DNA of 64,000 nucleotides from Minisyncoccota bacterium (GTDB lineage Bacteria; Patescibacteriota; Minisyncoccia; Phycocordibacterales; UBA5272): NCBI GenBank assembly GCA_046350775.1, contig JAXLZS010000001.1, positions 22,353 to 86,352 of the forward strand, read 5' to 3'. Shown piece by piece: positions 63,801 to 64,000 of this stretch (position 1 is its first letter; each line of letters starts with the position of its first letter). The notes under the pieces were generated by a model. It saw only the letters and a program-made list of their open reading frames with translations, ran no database searches and was not told where the DNA came from. The position numbers and the translations under genes were made by a program.

Positions 63801-64000
63801 AGGAGGGATAGGAGGTAATGGATCAAGTGGAACAGGTGGCCATGCTGGAGGCGTCGGTGGCGCCGGAGGTGCTGGAGGATCGAGCGGCGCTTTGTATATG
63901 GGAGGATTGGTTGGTCAAGGAAATGGAAATATAGCAAATTCAAGTGCTCAGAATGGTGATATATATGTGTATGCTGGTGGATACGGTGGAGCTGGTGCCC
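57898..64000 (+). CDS. Giant secreted surface protein with more than 25 tandem GLUG-like motifs and poly-Gly (GGxGG) linkers (partial; no stop before the window end)
   Basis: Translated by hand in frame from ATG 57898 to 64000 without a stop (over 2030 aa). Signal peptide MWSRFFQKIKIVFIFIFFFAVFVFKASA; Ser/Thr-rich repeats (SSSTVENIFS..) and a roughly 350-aa globular region. From about aa 600 a unit of roughly 55-65 aa repeats: [AY][VA]GGLVGYN.G.I.NSYS.G.V...GG.GG.GG.GG followed by a Gly/Ala-rich run. The omission from the six-frame track is explained by the absence of a stop codon. Confidence 0.75.
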   Translation, partial: MWSRFFQKIKIVFIFIFFFAVFVFKASADEIVVVQTTDFPVEQSAVLADAPVENLSTINSTEVTSDAVTPDTTTSSASSDTSSSTQVTENNSSTTIENIIENISNENSSSTVENIFSTNSTSSTTTNENISSSTLENNFTENILNEISSSTTLETPSSSIENNFSSTTEIDLTPKVVEEFTEVGKLVTISATDEQEAIKPMIDIPVSTSIPEIFKVGQEDKIKIKWKNNLNQEMQFTTSDEDGNGYIDHISWIVPHLSTQTFEIIFISNALRLDSDKNIIEDIFSSVGEWDKNFASILNGQYVRVTFEHLLDSTRDITIFARPTDNSSPASIEVYTKDGTYVGTISNIDHDGKYTLVLNNLATSTDVFDLKIIGNVDIDYITDPDAYWVGGTGNWSDPSHWASSSGGVGGSFGGIPNATTRVYFDSSSGASTTIVTIDTSATVGFFSLSGYLGTIVQDADLDITDSGGQPGGFIISQGGTFTSTNPLVNNFSVTGSFVISINSGIFRRYTGLGTTNDPYLIYDVYGLQGMFTGLSNSYKLNNDIEATSTRLWDTIFYGYGFRPVGNNTTPFSGVFDGAGHSINNLYINAFSNGIAVTSYIGLFGYSTNLIKDVTLNNLSITATSSSGSNGSSYGDGVDGISTSNGIAGFAGNAGSVLYLGGLVGYNTGNISNVNISGSVSGTAGSGGSGSRGGNGGNITSGSNTAGSGASAPTNAVAVGGVAYVGGLVGYSQQGIINSASSSLTVTGQGGAGGNGGAGGNGGNGSVAGVGTGAGGAGGAGGIGAAGNVAYVGGLVGMINTGVISQSNSTGNVTAIGGAGGNAGTAGTGGNAGVGAGGSAIGGIGGAGAAGGAGGIAYGGGLVGYNSGTIQNGSYATGIVQVTGGTPGNSSSGAAGGASAAGSVTTAASGATAVGGAGAAGGAAYAGGLVGLNYISGIIDGAVSSVYASSTVTATGSNGKNAGFGGTGGSAALTTSGTGGVGGAGGTGGAGGLAYVGGLVGYNYGTIGSSYSKTGLVSIVGGSGGVGGTGGSGGAKGSAGTSGAGGASGAGGTAAVGAGIIYAGGLVGINEGIIQNTYSTNPVYGVAGTGGAGGAGVAAQTGLAGLAGGVGGAGGILNIGGITGRNNLSVVGSYHATGTIIGFSGAGGAGGIGGAGGAWTGGIAGVSGTSTAGGYIIAGGVIGINYGNSVLNNYSISDITATGGAGVAGANGRDGYTFTTGVAGVAGSAGAIGGIAYTGGVVGYNNNGEISNSYSIGNITANGGSGGNGGNGGNGGAGTSSTGGAGGAGAAGGTGGAVFAGGVAGQIILGTVTSSYNIGNVIGTGGSGGTAGNGGNGGVGGTNFAGGVGAIAGAGGSGGAAKVGGISGQSAGVIQENSYSIGDITATGGTARVGGIGGNGGASSGTFVGAGAVGGAGGAGGAGALAYAAGIVGDNSNTIINTYASGNIIATGSSGGNGGAAGSGGSNATGGSSSTGAAGVAGGAGGASAAAYAGGIATSNNGATIANSYIESGSVMAIGGNGGNGATGGAGGVAGTGALGAVGGTGGAGGTGSFGLAGGIVGQNLGGTVDNSHATINVSSISGRGGNGGTGGTGGAGANGGVGGASSGVGAVGYVGGAVAYNVGILNNIYASGNASTTGGIPGSNGSGGNGGSSSISAGGAGGASGAIAGSGGNAYAGGLVGLNFTNGVIQGASHASGNSIAVGGAGAAGANGASGGNSTGAFAGGAAVAGTAGTAGGFSGSGGLVGYNSWSVSSDSYAEGSVFSIGGAGGAGGNGGNGGSSGAGVAGTAGAAAAGGGTGGVSYAGGVIGSNTVLAGTINIANSTGTIYSKGGAGGAGGAGGNGGNGGSSTGAIGGAGGLGGTGGTGGAGYGGGIAGSNAGVIRNVTYTITSITVGGGEAGVGGSGGNAGASGNISGGAGATAGAGGAGGAGGATYIGGLVGDNSGLINTSIVYGNLASNNIDGGAGGVGGIGGNGSSGTGGHAGGVGGAGGAGGSSGALYMGGLVGQGNGNIANSSAQNGDIYVYAGGYGGAGA
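59700..64000 (+). repeat. Tandem degenerate DNA repeats (about 170-200 bp period) encoding the GLUG/Gly-rich modules
   Basis: Recurrent ggaggattggt(a/c)gg(a/t)ta(t/c)aat and gg(t/a)gctgg(t/a)gg(a/t) blocks. The antisense and out-of-frame ORFs 60264..60491, 60313..60537, 61112..61312, 61613..61804, 61814..62035, 62428..62613, 63005..63253, 63266..63520 and 63695..63943 are by-products of this repeat. Confidence 0.7.

Overview
The window reads as a low-GC (about 30%), gene-dense bacterial chromosome segment with small proteins. It looks like a streamlined, possibly Patescibacteria/CPR-like lineage; this is an inference from content, not a database hit. The standard genetic code fits: all long genes are intact.

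Synteny, left to right:
- ftsZ (partial) and ftsA, then ybeY, S21, hisS, lepB, pth, an S1-like protein, recA, ftsK.
- A hypothetical KEN-rich wHTH protein preceded by an array of a 13-mer motif.
- A large Thr/Ser/Gly-rich surface (S-layer-like) protein with an N-terminal peptidoglycan-binding domain, then a DUF3800-like protein.
- An rRNA unit without 16S: 23S rRNA (carrying a roughly 223-nt intron-like insertion at a classic group I site), then tRNA-Ala, then 5S.
- rplJ-rplL (no rpoB follows), several hypotheticals, ftsW.
- A roughly 11.5-kb cell-surface glycopolymer locus: flippase, two paralogous unknown-family proteins, HAD hydrolase, cupin, GDPD, sugar-phosphate nucleotidyltransferase, three GT4 glycosyltransferases, methyltransferase, WbaP-like priming transferase.
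- tRNA-Trp, a C39-like hypothetical, HxlR plus nitroreductase, a small secreted Cys-rich peptide, a compact alaS.
- infA-rpmJ-rpsM-rpsK-rpsD-rpoA-rplQ-rplM-rpsI, grpE-dnaK-dnaJ, tRNA-Gln, DUF1653, an RGG/CxxC-x17-CxxC zinc-ribbon protein.
- A giant secreted protein (over 2030 aa, still open at the window end) made of tandem GLUG-like motifs alternating with poly-Gly linkers.

No CRISPR arrays, transposases or integrases were seen. The most unusual items are the giant GLUG/Gly-repeat surface protein, the intron-like 23S insertion, the iteron-like motif array, a probable minus-strand ncRNA locus between the S1-like gene and recA, and the paralog-containing glycopolymer locus. Several six-frame ORFs start at TTG/GTG extensions; where a nearby ATG gives a sensible start, that coordinate is used.
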